A stretch of 63,887 nt of DNA, filler included, from Octopus bimaculoides (lineage: Eukaryota), in assembly GCF_001194135.2 (NCBI RefSeq). It is 5 parts of 4 records of this genome, joined end to end, with 100 filler letters (N's around TTAATTAATTAA, not from the genome) between each part and the next. Parts side by side here need not be neighbours in the genome. Positions count along the whole stretch, not along the records: positions 45,968 to 61,015 come from NC_068991.1; positions 61,116 to 63,887 come from NC_068984.1; 3 more parts are not named here. The stretch is one strand, 5' to 3'. The position numbers were made by a program, and so were the translations under genes. A model generated the notes under the pieces. The model did no database searches. It was not told the DNA's origin and saw nothing but the letters and a program-made list of their open reading frames with translations. This document shows positions 51,939-63,887 of this stretch, in pieces (position 1 is the stretch's first letter; the number at the start of each line of letters is the position of its first letter).

Positions 51939-52614
51939 GCGTGCGCGAACAGGCAGAAAAATAGGACGGTCGAACGAATGAAGGAAAAGAGTGAATTTAA
52001 AAAAAGAAGCGAAGATAAAGAATAAGAACAAGAGCAATTGCAACTTCAGCAACAGCAAAAGCAGGAACAAAGATAAGCACAGCAACAGCAGCAGAGCAAC
52101 AGCAGCAGCAGTAACAACCACAGCAACGAAAACAACAATAACAGCAGCGATGACAACAAAAGAGAACGTGGATTTTTTCGCTTTGACACGCCTAGTCCGA
52201 TATTTTCGGATCCGAAATCACAGAGAACGGTTGGAGTTAAAATTAGGAAGAATTTTCAAAGAATTTTAGCGAAAATTGAAATTAAAATACAAAAGAAAGA
52301 TATTTGAAGAAAATAATAGCGACGACGGGCAAAGAAAGATGAGGAAAGAAATAGAGAAATGAAGGAATAAAGAAAAGCTAAGGCAAACAAAAGATATCAG
52401 GAAAATATATGAATGTGAGAAATGAAATAACGAATGAGAAAGAAGGGATAGAAGACGGGAAGAAAGGAAGAAAGACGGAAGCGAGAAAGGAAGAATAGGC
52501 GGAAGTATAATGTAAATAAAAATAAGGAGATAAAAGTAAATATGGCGTGAATAAATAATAAGAGAAAAATAAGATATAACTTGAAACACATCAGGAAGAG
52601 GAATGAGTGAATGT

Positions 52615-52627
52615 GTGTGTATGTGTA

Positions 52628-52715
<88 letters not shown>

Positions 52716-53017
52716 CATAGGATTGTTAGAAGAGAAGAGATGAAGAGAATTTAGTGAGCAAGAATGCTATATACAAAAACGGTGTAAAAGATAGACAGAC
52801 AAACAGAGATAGATAGGTAGATAGGTAGATAGATAGATAGACAGATAGATAAATAGATAGATAGATAGATAGAGGTGAAGAAAGAGAGTAGGGAGGAAAG
52901 TAAAGAGAAAGTAGGCGTGATTGAAAGATGCTAAACAGTGAGGAAAGGCATTTCAAAGTATAAATACAGAGAAATATAAGGGGTAAAAAAGACGAAAGAA
53001 AACAAGATGTGTGTATG

Positions 53018-53080
<63 letters not shown>

Positions 53081-53381
53081 CAGAGAGAGACAGAGAAAGA
53101 GAGACAGAGACAGAAACAGAGACAGAGAGAGACAGAGACAGAGACAAACAGACAGGCAGAGAGAGGAAGAGAAAGAGAGAGATAGAGAGTGTGAGAGAGA
53201 GGGAGGGTGATAAAGACAGAGAGAGAGAGAGAGAAAGGGTGTGTATGTGTGAGAGAGTGAGAGAGAGAGAGAGAGAGAGAAAGAGAAAGGGTGTGTGTGT
53301 GTGTGAGAGAGTGAGATGCACAAAGACAGAGAGAGAGAGATAAACAAAGCGAGAGATAAACAAAGTGTGTGCATGTGTATG

Positions 53382-53425
<44 letters not shown>

Positions 53426-53515
53426 TGAGAGACAGACAGACAGACAGACAGAGACAGAGAGATAGACAGGAACGGGAGTGTGAAATACACAGAGTAACAG
53501 ATATACGGAAAGCAC
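52615..53515. repeat. Compound microsatellite block: (GT)n, (GA)n, (GATA)n, (GACA)n
   Basis: Direct reading. Confidence 0.9.
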
Positions 53516-54475
53516 NNNNNNNNNNNNNNNNNNNNNNNNNNNNNNNNNNNNNNNNNNNNNNNNNNNNNNNNNNNNNNNNNNNNNNNNNNNNNNNNNNNNN
53601 NNNNNNNNNNNNNNNNNNNNNNNNNNNNNNNNNNNNNNNNNNNNNNNNNNNNNNNNNNNNNNNNNNNNNNNNNNNNNNNNNNNNNNNNNNNNNNNNNNNN
53701 NNNNNNNNNNNNNNNNNNNNNNNNNNNNNNNNNNNNNNNNNNNNNNNNNNNNNNNNNNNNNNNNNNNNNNNNNNNNNNNNNNNNNNNNNNNNNNNNNNNN
53801 NNNNNNNNNNNNNNNNNNNNNNNNNNNNNNNNNNNNNNNNNNNNNNNNNNNNNNNNNNNNNNNNNNNNNNNNNNNNNNNNNNNNNNNNNNNNNNNNNNNN
53901 NNNNNNNNNNNNNNNNNNNNNNNNNNNNNNNNNNNNNNNNNNNNNNNNNNNNNNNNNNNNNNNNNNNNNNNNNNNNNNNNNNNNNNNNNNNNNNNNNNNN
54001 NNNNNNNNNNNNNNNNNNNNNNNNNNNNNNNNNNNNNNNNNNNNNNNNNNNNNNNNNNNNNNNNNNNNNNNNNNNNNNNNNNNNNNNNNNNNNNNNNNNN
54101 NNNNNNNNNNNNNNNNNNNNNNNNNNNNNNNNNNNNNNNNNNNNNNNNNNNNNNNNNNNNNNNNNNNNNNNNNNNNNNNNNNNNNNNNNNNNNNNNNNNN
54201 NNNNNNNNNNNNNNNNNNNNNNNNNNNNNNNNNNNNNNNNNNNNNNNNNNNNNNNNNNNNNNNNNNNNNNNNNNNNNNNNNNNNNNNNNNNNNNNNNNNN
54301 NNNNNNNNNNNNNNNNNNNNNNNNNNNNNNNNNNNNNNNNNNNNNNNNNNNNNNNNNNNNNNNNNNNNNNNNNNNNNNNNNNNNNNNNNNNNNNNNNNNN
54401 NNNNNNNNNNNNNNNNNNNNNNNNNNNNNNNNNNNNNNNNNNNNNNNNNNNNNNNNNNNNNNNNNNNNNNNNNNN

Positions 54476-54506
<31 letters not shown>

Positions 54507-54814
54507 CATGCATACACACACACATACACATTTATATATAGATATATATACATATATATATATATATGTATAAATATGTACATATATAAATATATATGTA
54601 TATATCTACAAATATGTACATATATATATATATATATGTACGTGCAAGTATGTATATTATATATGTGCATATACATTTATACACACATATATATGCATGT
54701 GTGTGCATGTAAATATACATAATGCATTGTGTGTGTGTGTGTGTTGCACGTGGATATGTGTATGTAAATATACACAATACACAATATACACAATACATTG
54801 TGTGTGTATGTTCC

Positions 54815-55125
54815 ACGTGGTGGAGCGTTGAATGGCAGGTAGAATGTTGGGCTCTCGATAACATGCTTGTGAGTTCGACTCCTGCCTGGACAGCAGGTTG
54901 TGTCCTCGAACAAGGCACTCCATTTCCCGTTGTTCAAGTCTACCTAGTTGTAAATGAGTACTAGTCGGGTGACAGTTCAACCATCTTTCTCCCTCCATCT
55001 GTCACATCCTGGGTGCTCCGCTGGATCAAAGTTGCGAGGTCCGAGACGGTGTTTATGCTTGTTTGCGACTACTCCGGAACCTACATTTAACATGGCACAT
55101 GTTACCAAGTGGAGGACGCAAAGAT
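54815..55125 (+). mobile_element. Second tRNA-derived CORE-like SINE family
   Basis: A-box-like tggcaggtagaa, B-box gagttcgactcc, then gtgtcctcgaacaaggcact..gttgtaaatgagtac. Followed by (ATGT)n. Confidence 0.6.
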
Positions 55126-55324
55126 GTATGTATGTATGTATGTATGTATGTATGCATGCATGCATGCATGTATGTATGTGTGTATGTATGTATGTATATA
55201 TGTATATATGCATGCATGTATGTATGTATGAATGTATGTATTAATGTATCTATGTATGTATTTATATAAATATACAGATCCACGGGAATCGACAAATATA
55301 ATATATATAAATATGTGTATGTGT

Positions 55325-55608
55325 GCCTCTGTGGTAAGAAGTTTGCTTCCGAATCACATGGTTTCGAGTTCAGTCCCACTGCGCGGGTGTCTTCTAATAT
55401 AGCGGCAGGCCGACCAAAGACTTGTGAATGGATTTGGTGGGCGGTTGTGTCAGTTTCTCCTCCACCAGTACTTGACAACACCTGATGGTGTGTTTATGTC
55501 CCCGAAACTGTGCAGTTCGACAAAAAATACTGATTAAATAAGTTTTAGGCTAACAAAACAAAGTACTTCTTCAAGGCGTGCTAGCGTAACCGCAGCGGAA
55601 TGACTGAA
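55325..55608 (+). mobile_element. CORE-like SINE, internally deleted copy
   Basis: tgtggtaagaagtttgcttcc..ggccgaccaaagacttgtgaatggatttgg..cgcagcggaatgactgaaa. Further fragments lie at 55815-55872 (+), 56545-56675 (-), 58966-59062 (+) and 59690-59825 (-). Confidence 0.8.
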
Positions 55609-56487
55609 AATATATATATATATATATATACACACATATGCATTGTGTATTTATAAACATGTACTCTATATGAAGTATTGAGTAATCTTTGATTTGAATG
55701 TGAAATTGTTTTATTATAAAACAACATTAAAACTAACATTAACATGTGTGTGTGTGTGTGTGTGTGCGTGTGTGTGTGTGTGTGTGCGTGTGCGCGTGTG
55801 TGTGTGTGTGTGTAGGCGCAGAAGTAGCCCTGTGGTAAGAAGTTTGCTTCCCAACCACATGGCTCCGGGTTCNNNNNNNNNNNNNNNNNNNNNNNNNNNN
55901 NNNNNNNNNNNNNNNNNNNNNNNNNNNNNNNNNNNNNNNNNNNNNNNNNNNNNNNNNNNNNNNNNNNNNNNNNNNNNNNNNNNNNNNNNNNNNNNNNNNN
56001 NNNNNNNNNNNNNNNNNNNNNNNNNNNNNNNNNNNNNNNNNNNNNNNNNNNNNNNNNNNNNNNNNNNNNNNNNNNNNNNNNNNNNNNNNNNNNNNNNNNN
56101 NNNNNNNNNNNNNNNNNNNNNNNNNNNNNNNNNNNNNNNNNNNNNNNNNNNNNNNNNNNNNNNNNNNNNNNNNNNNNNNNNNNNNNNNNNNNNNNNNNNN
56201 NNNNNNNNNNNNNNNNNNNNNNNNNNNNNNNNNNNNNNNNNNNNNNNNNNNNNNNNNNNNNNNNNNNNNNNNNNNNNNNNNNNNNNNNNNNNNNNNNNNN
56301 NNNNNNNNNNNNNNNNNNNNNNNNNNNNNNNNNNNNNNNNNNNNNNNNNNNNNNNNNNNNNNNNNNNNNNNNNNNNNNNNNNNNNNNNNNNNNNNNNNNN
56401 NNNNNNNNNNNNNNNNNNNNNNNNNNNNNNNNNNNNNNNNNNNNNNNNNNNNNNNNNNNNNNNNNNNNNNNNNNNNNNNNNNNNNNN

Positions 56488-56537
<50 letters not shown>

Positions 56538-57070
56538 GCACGACAGGCTTCTTTCAGTCCACACACATGTGGTTGGCCCAAGTCTATAGTAGAAGACACT
56601 TGCTGTCCAAGGTGCCATGCAATGGGACTGAACCCAGAACCATGTTATTGATAAGTAAACTTCATACCACATAGCCACGTTTGCGCTTACACTCACGCAC
56701 GCACGTACACACGCATACACACATACACAGACATACACACACACACAAAAACACACACACACAAACACATACATCCATACACACATTCATACACCCCTCC
56801 ACTCACACACACATGCATCGTACATCTGAGCTCATAAGTAACAGACATAGAATTATAGGCGCGCATGCTTCATCTCTATTCAATTTAGAGTAGATCTTGA
56901 TCGGTTACCTAATTAATAGCTAAGTTGTAAAGGAAAACATCAAAATCTTAAGGCTTTGCGGATTTTTATAGTCCCAGAGTATGTACGTACAAATATATAT
57001 ATGTATGTACGTAGGTACGTATGGGTGTATATATGCATGCGTGCATATATGTAAGTATGTATGTATGCAT

Positions 57071-57452
57071 GGAGGCGTAATGGCCCAATGCTTAGCGCAG
57101 CGGACTCGCGGTCGTAGGATCGCGGTTTCGATTCCCAGACCGGGCGTTGTGAGTGTTTATTGAGCGAAAACACCTAAATCTCCACGAGGCTCTGGCAGGG
57201 GATGGTGGCGAACCCTGCTGTACTCTTTCACCACAACTTCCTCTCACTCTTACTTCCTGTTTCTGCTGTGCCTGTAATTCAAAGGGTCAGCCTTGTCACA
57301 CTGTGTCACGCTGAATATCCCCGAGAACTACATTAAGAGTACACGTGTCTGTGGAGTGCTCAGCCACTTGCACGTTAATTTCACGAGCAGGCTGTTCCAT
57401 TGATCGGATCAACTGGAATCCTCGTCGTCGTAAGCGACGGAGTGCCAACAAC
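57071..57452 (+). mobile_element. Full-length tRNA-derived SINE (third family) within (ATGT)n
   Basis: ggaggcgtaatggcccaatgcttagcgcagcggactcgcggtc..ggtttcgattcc is a tRNA-like head. The body ends ctcgtcgtcgtaagcgacggagtgccaacaac. Confidence 0.85.
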
Positions 57453-57767
57453 ATGTATGCATATATGTATGCATGCATGTATGTATACATGTATGTATGT
57501 ATGAGTATATGTATGCATGCATGCATGTGCATATGTATATATGTAAGTATGTATGTACGTGTGCATACATATATGTGTATATGTGTATGCACACACACAA
57601 TCACACATACGCACTTGCATATACACATACATATACATATATACATGCATGCATACATTCATACAAGTGAAAAACATGCATAGTTATATGCGTGTAAACA
57701 CTGAACACAAAAAAACGCGTACACGTACACACACGCGCCGGTGCATGCACGTACAGGTTGAGAGAGA

Positions 57768-57840
<73 letters not shown>

Positions 57841-58091
57841 TGTGTGTGTGTGTGTGTAAGCGAAGTACTTTAAAAATTCAGTGTTACGAAGTGACATGCA
57901 TGTTTCTCAATGCATAAACATCGGCACACAAGACTAATAGTTATTTTGCAAGGAGGGTCGACCGCCTTGCTGAAAAGTGAAGCTAAATCCCCATTAAATC
58001 GCACACTCAATCGCGTCGTTAAAAGAAAACATTACGTGATCCGTGTCATGCATTTACACGGCGATGGTTACAACTGGAATCCCTTTGATCA

Positions 58092-58155
<64 letters not shown>

Positions 58156-58170
58156 GCTGCTGCTGCTGCT
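58092..58170. repeat. (TAC)n(TGC)n trinucleotide tract
   Basis: Direct reading. Confidence 0.9.
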
Positions 58171-59499
58171 ACATACACAAATATATGAACATTTACATGC
58201 GATTAGACAAGCAGGCAGACACTGACCGATAGAGAGATAGATAGATAGACGTACAGAGAGAGGGATAGATAGAAATTGACGTATATATTATATATATGAA
58301 TATATATATATGAATATATATATATGAATATATATATATNNNNNNNNNNNNNNNNNNNNNNNNNNNNNNNNNNNNNNNNNNNNNNNNNNNNNNNNNNNNN
58401 NNNNNNNNNNNNNNNNNNNNNNNNNNNNNNNNNNNNNNNNNNNNNNNNNNNNNNNNNNNNNNNNNNNNNNNNNNNNNNNNNNNNNNNNNNNNNNNNNNNN
58501 NNNNNNNNNNNNNNNNNNNNNNNNNNNNNNNNNNNNNNNNNNNNNNNNNNNNNNNNNNNNNNNNNNNNNNNNNNNNNNNNNNNNNNNNNNNNNNNNNNNN
58601 NNNNNNNNNNNNNNNNNNNNNNNNNNNNNNNNNNNNNNNNNNNNNNNNNNNNNNNNNNNNNNNNNNNNNNNNNNNNNNNNNNNNNNNNNNNNNNNNNNNN
58701 ATATATATATACATAACAAACTCGAAATGTTGAACAGGCAGAATCGTTAGAGCTTCGGACAAAATACATTTTTGGAGGTACATACCTGTGTGTATTTATG
58801 TTCACACACACACACGCACACACACACACACACATATTGAAAAGAATTGGAGTTGAACGTAGTACCGGGCTTGTCGTCGTTATCATCATCATCATCTCTA
58901 TTATCACCTCCACCAAAACAACCACCACCACCACTACCAATACCACGCCCACCATCATCACTATCGAGTTCAGTCCCACTGCATGGTCCCTTGGTGAATT
59001 GCCTTCTACAATACCCCGGGTGGACCAAGGCCTGGTAAACGGAAAGTGTGTGGAAGCCCGTTGTATGTGTGTGTGTGTATGTGTGTGCGCGTGTGTGTGT
59101 GTATGCATGCATGTATACGCTCGTGCGCAGGGCTAATTAGGCCTGTGACCCAAAACCAAAGACAGCTCAATAGCATGACTACAATAAGTCTATAATGACT
59201 ATATGCCCTGGTGGTGTGTGATCAGAGGTTAAAGACGGATGAGAATTAATTTTGCAATGCAATCTTTCTATTGTTCCAGTCCCAAGATGAATTCCAGCTG
59301 TTGGCCAATTGGTCCCAAAGTTCTCAACGTAAAATTAACGAAGCAAATGTCATTTATCTCCCCCTTGATCTCTGACGTCATCTGACAAACGCCACCAAGA
59401 TGGCGTGAATCAGCCAAGCTTTACCTGTTAGAAATAGCAACCCAAGTGCTTTTAAATCCGATCTCAATGCTGGATGTTCAAGGGCCAAGTGAAGGGCAG

Positions 59500-59547
59500 A
59501 TTTTCAATCCCGGGGTCATCCTAATGGATGACCCCGGGATTGAAAAT
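59500..59547. repeat. Perfect 22-bp hairpin with a 4-nt loop
   Basis: attttcaatcccggggtcatcc-taat-ggatgaccccgggattgaaaat. Confidence 0.95.
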
Positions 59548-59597
59548 GTAGGCTGAGATACAGGATTCCAGACGGACAGACAAAATTTTGCTTTTAC

Positions 59598-59668
<71 letters not shown>

Positions 59669-60218
59669 AAATGTGCATGTCTTTGTGTTTGTGTTTGCGT
59701 CTATCCACACCCACCGCTTGATAACCAGTGTTGCTTTGCTTACGCACCCATAACTATAATCTACGTGCTGGAGTCGATGTGTTCGACTAAACCCTTTAAG
59801 GCGATGCTCCAGCATGGTCGTTGTCCAATATCTGAAAAAGATACATGCATACATACATACATACATACATACATAGTAAACATAATAGNNNNNNNNNNNN
59901 NNNNNNNNNNNNNNNNNNNNNNNNNNNNNNNNNNNNNNNNNNNNNNNNNNNNNNNNNNNNNNNNNNNNNNNNNNNNNNNNNNNNNNNNNNNNNNNNNNNN
60001 NNNNNNNNNNNNNNNNNNNNNNNNNNNNNNNNNNNNNNNNNNNNNNNNNNNNNNNNNNNNNNNNNNNNNNNNNNNNNNNNNNNNNNNNNNNNNNNNNNNN
60101 NNNNNNNNNNNNNNNNNNNNNNNNNNNNNNNNNNNNNNNNNNNNNNNNNNNNNNNNNNNNNNNNNNNNNNNNNNNNNNAAAAGATACATGCATACATACA
60201 TACATACATACATACATA

Positions 60219-60790
60219 GTAAACATAATAGACCAGACATTGTCATTTGGGATATGGAAGTGAAACTGTGTACAGAAGTGGAAATCAGCTGCCCAGGAGG
60301 TATTTCCGAATAGCTAAAGATCAGTGAAAAAGAAAACACTTGCGCTGAGCTATTATGACATTTACAGTTACTCTACCCAAATTACAAGTTCGGGTTTATA
60401 CTTGTAATTATTGGGGCACTGGGATATGTAACAAACTGCCTGAGTATCAATTTTGAGAAACTAATCTCAAATCCATAAAAGAGAAAATTGATTCGAAGAC
60501 GACAGATCCAAACAATCCCTGAAACTAAAAAAATTGTAAAACTTTCCAGAAGTTTACCGTTTAAGTATATATGAGTTCGTCTAGACATGCAACTATATGC
60601 ATGAGAATACACACAGCAAGCAAACCATACAAATCTGCACATGAATTGACTCCAAATACTCCACAGACACACGCACGCGCACACAAATACTTTGTTGATA
60701 TTTGTGAAATTCCAATGAAGGAGCTTTGGATCTAGGTTAGAAACTGGCTCTTTCTTTATTGGCAAGAAATCTTGAAATAAAATTGAATAA
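60219..60790 (+). mobile_element. RLE-type (R4/Dong/NeSL-like) LINE 3' fragment: restriction-like endonuclease and 3' UTR
   Basis: KHNRPDIVIWD..VEISCP, EKEN..LYPNYKF..IIGALGYV. The 3' UTR is shared with 17625-17845. Confidence 0.85.
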
Positions 60791-60791
60791 T

Positions 60792-60838
<47 letters not shown>

Positions 60839-61115
60839 ACATACACACACACATACACACACAAACACACACACATACACACACACATACACACACAAAC
60901 ACACACATATATGTATGTATGTATGTATGTATGGATGCATGCATGTATGTATGTATATATGTATGAATGTATGTATGTAAGTATGTATGTAGGTATGTAT
61001 GCATGTATGTGTCTCNNNNNNNNNNNNNNNNNNNNNNNNNNNNNNNNNNNNNNNNNNNNTTAATTAATTAANNNNNNNNNNNNNNNNNNNNNNNNNNNNN
61101 NNNNNNNNNNNNNNN

Positions 61116-61170
<55 letters not shown>

Positions 61171-62099
61171 GTTCTTTTTTAACCCTTTTTCTGTATCCAT
61201 GATTTTTACTTCCTTTCTTAACTTGTACCTCACAATAGTCGTTTCCTCCATTTTTATTTTCCAATTTCAGAATACATATGCATATACAAGCGAATCACCG
61301 CCCTAACACATAAGATTTGTAATAAATTTCATAGTGTTAGAAATGGTTTTAGAACCTGGTGTTAGAACCTGGTGTTCGTTAAATACAGAGAGTAATAAGT
61401 GATTGTATCAATGACAAGGTAACAAGAAATCATGAAATTAATTTCATTAGCTAACAGTTGTTTCTGCTATAAGATGCAATGCATTCATATTTGAGCGCCT
61501 GTATATCCTCTTACAGCTTCATCGGAGGTTCAATGTATGTGTGTGTGTGTGTGCTTGTGTGTCTGTGTGTTTGCGTGTGTTTTTGTGTGTGTATATGTAG
61601 AGAGAGAGAGAGAGAGAGGAAGCTACACACACCCCCATGTGCTAAATTTCTATTGTAAGACTAGTGATTATATACATACATACATACATATATAANNNNN
61701 NNNNNNNNNNNNNNNNNNNNNNNNNNNNNNNNNNNNNNNNNNNNNNNNNNNNNNNNNNNNNNNNNNNNNNNNNNNNNNNNNNNNNNNNNNNNNNNNNNNN
61801 NNNNNNNNNNNNNNNNNNNNNNNNNNNNNNNNNNNNNNNNNNNNNNNNNNNNNNNNNNNNNNNNNNNNNNNNNNNNNNNNNNNNNNNNNNNNNNNNNNNN
61901 NNNNNNNNNNNNNNNNNNNNNNNNNNNNNNNNNNNNNNNNNNNNNNNNNNNNNNNNNNNNNNNNNNNNNNNNNNNNNNNNNNNNNNNNNNNNNNNNNNNN
62001 NNNNNNNNNNNNNNNNNNNNNNNNNNNNNNNNNNNNNNNNNNNNNNNNNNNNNNNNNNNNNNNNNNNNNNNNNNNNNNNNNNNNNNNNNNNNNNNNNNN

Positions 62100-62145
<46 letters not shown>

Positions 62146-62714
62146 CAGAACTATCATATTAATGAAGCTGTATGTTGAACATAAAAACAATAAAATTCGT
62201 AGGAATCTTTAAATATAAAACTTTAAACAATATAGTGGGAAAATAATATCACGAAATATTTAGATCGATAGATTGTCAATGACATGCAAGGAAATGTAGA
62301 CCTGACACGATAACAAAACGGTTACTGATAAAAATAAATTCTTAATAAAATGAAAGGATATGAGACAAAAAAAATGTTAAAGTGGAATGTTAATGAAACG
62401 ATTAGCAAAATCTAATTTTATTGATAACGTGAAAACAAGTTCATGAAAATTTTAAGAAAACGATTATATATGCATTAAGTCATACTTGTAGGAAACGATA
62501 ATAGCGGAAAACTAAGGAAATATACGTAAAAAGGCTTTGAACTTTGACATCTGCAAATGCAACAACTGCGGAAGAGAGTGTTTCTCTTTTCATGCAATGA
62601 CGTACCTGACCTGAAATGTTATGTTCAGCTGGATACTGGTTGAAAGCAGTAAAAACACGGGCAAACAAATTTAGTCATCAATTGTTTTGGACACGTGGGA
62701 TGAGAGAGGGGAAA

Positions 62715-62817
<103 letters not shown>

Positions 62818-63887
62818 TGTGTGTGTGTGTATGTGTGATGTTATATGTTAGTGTCTGGGTTTTAGTGCGTGTATTTACAATCCCTTAGTGTGCACGAGGT
62901 GCGTGGCAGGTGAAATCTTGGGCAAGTGTCTGCTATCATAGCATCGGGTCAATCTAAGTTTTGTGAATAAAATTGAGCTTGGCTCATAGAATGGACTCTA
63001 CCTGTAATTCAAAAGGGTTTCTGTTTCTATCTGACGATTAGGTAAATAGTTAAAATGTCTGCGGAATATCCAACCACAGTTCAGATAATAGAATAACTTG
63101 AATGGCGATCGTCGAAACTGGCAGAAGATGCATTTATTATATTGGTTTTAAATTTTGACACTTACGGTATAAGTTAAGTCTTTGGACAAACAACATATTG
63201 TTCTTTTTCTTTTCCCTATCATGGATACTCTAAAGAAGGGCCATGAACGCTGCGCTTCCTCCTATGAATGTGAACACAGGGCAATATGAAATGTGAATAT
63301 AAAGGCATTTGTGTGTTTTAAACGGCCGCTGTGTTTCAGTTTCAAAACACAGCTTCAGACCAGGTCACTAGCCAGAATAAAAGTGCAATTCATATATGTA
63401 TATGATATGATATTATATTATATTATATATGTTTGTCTTTATGCATTTATGAACCAAACTGTGAGGAACACGCTTCGTCGACTACGGATACCAGACCCAT
63501 CGTTCATATGCCACTAAGAATAGTTGTTCTTATATTTAAACAGCAAACAGTACATTTGTTGATGTGCACAAAGATCTGTCAAGCTGGAATTAATTAACCA
63601 GAGGCACACGAAGCATCCTTGATTGAAATATAGGTGTGTACAATTATATCTAACACGATTCTGTACTACCAGACGTGGAAGAACCTTCGCTGTTGAAATT
63701 ATCTCCGGAAAAAAATCTTTTTATAGACAACATCTGTGGCAAAGCACCGTCGGGATATGATTGACACCATAAACCATAGGACGCATGCGCTTCTACGTGA
63801 TATTCGTCGAGCGGCGTATCCAACAACTAGGCGAGAAAGTAATAAGAAATTTGATTCCACTGTTGAGTGTGTGTGTGTGTGTGTGTG

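Noticed and set aside
57071-57145. tRNA-like sequence
   Set aside because: It continues directly into a SINE body and tail and the acceptor stem does not close. It is a SINE head, not a tRNA gene.

Overview
AT-rich, microsatellite-dense eukaryotic DNA with many N gaps. The SINE families and repeat density suggest an octopus genome; this is inference from recalled repeat sequences. I found no host protein-coding exon, rRNA, tRNA gene or CRISPR array that I can support, so the window reads as intergenic or deep-intronic. All recognisable coding sequence is decayed transposon: two RTE LINEs (1-2125, 48900-51530), Penelope-like elements (4303-6905 with 281-bp inverted ends, 10430-12220, plus older fragments), a Helitron Rep/helicase remnant (7501-10175), Tx1/L1 LINEs (12740-14950, 36600-37410), several R4/Dong-like RLE-LINE fragments, a DD37D-type mariner (27545-28210), a pogo-family transposase (46600-47890), non-autonomous Helitrons and many tRNA-derived SINEs. 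The most interesting signals are not visible in the ORF track. These are four minimal type I hammerhead ribozyme motifs (4379-4421, 6787-6829, 20012-20050, 23536-23580) with three different palindromic stem III sequences. Two lie in the inverted ends of a Penelope element. One lies in a 154-bp fold-back whose second arm starts at about the predicted cleavage site. All coordinates and alignments were read by eye and no database searches were run.
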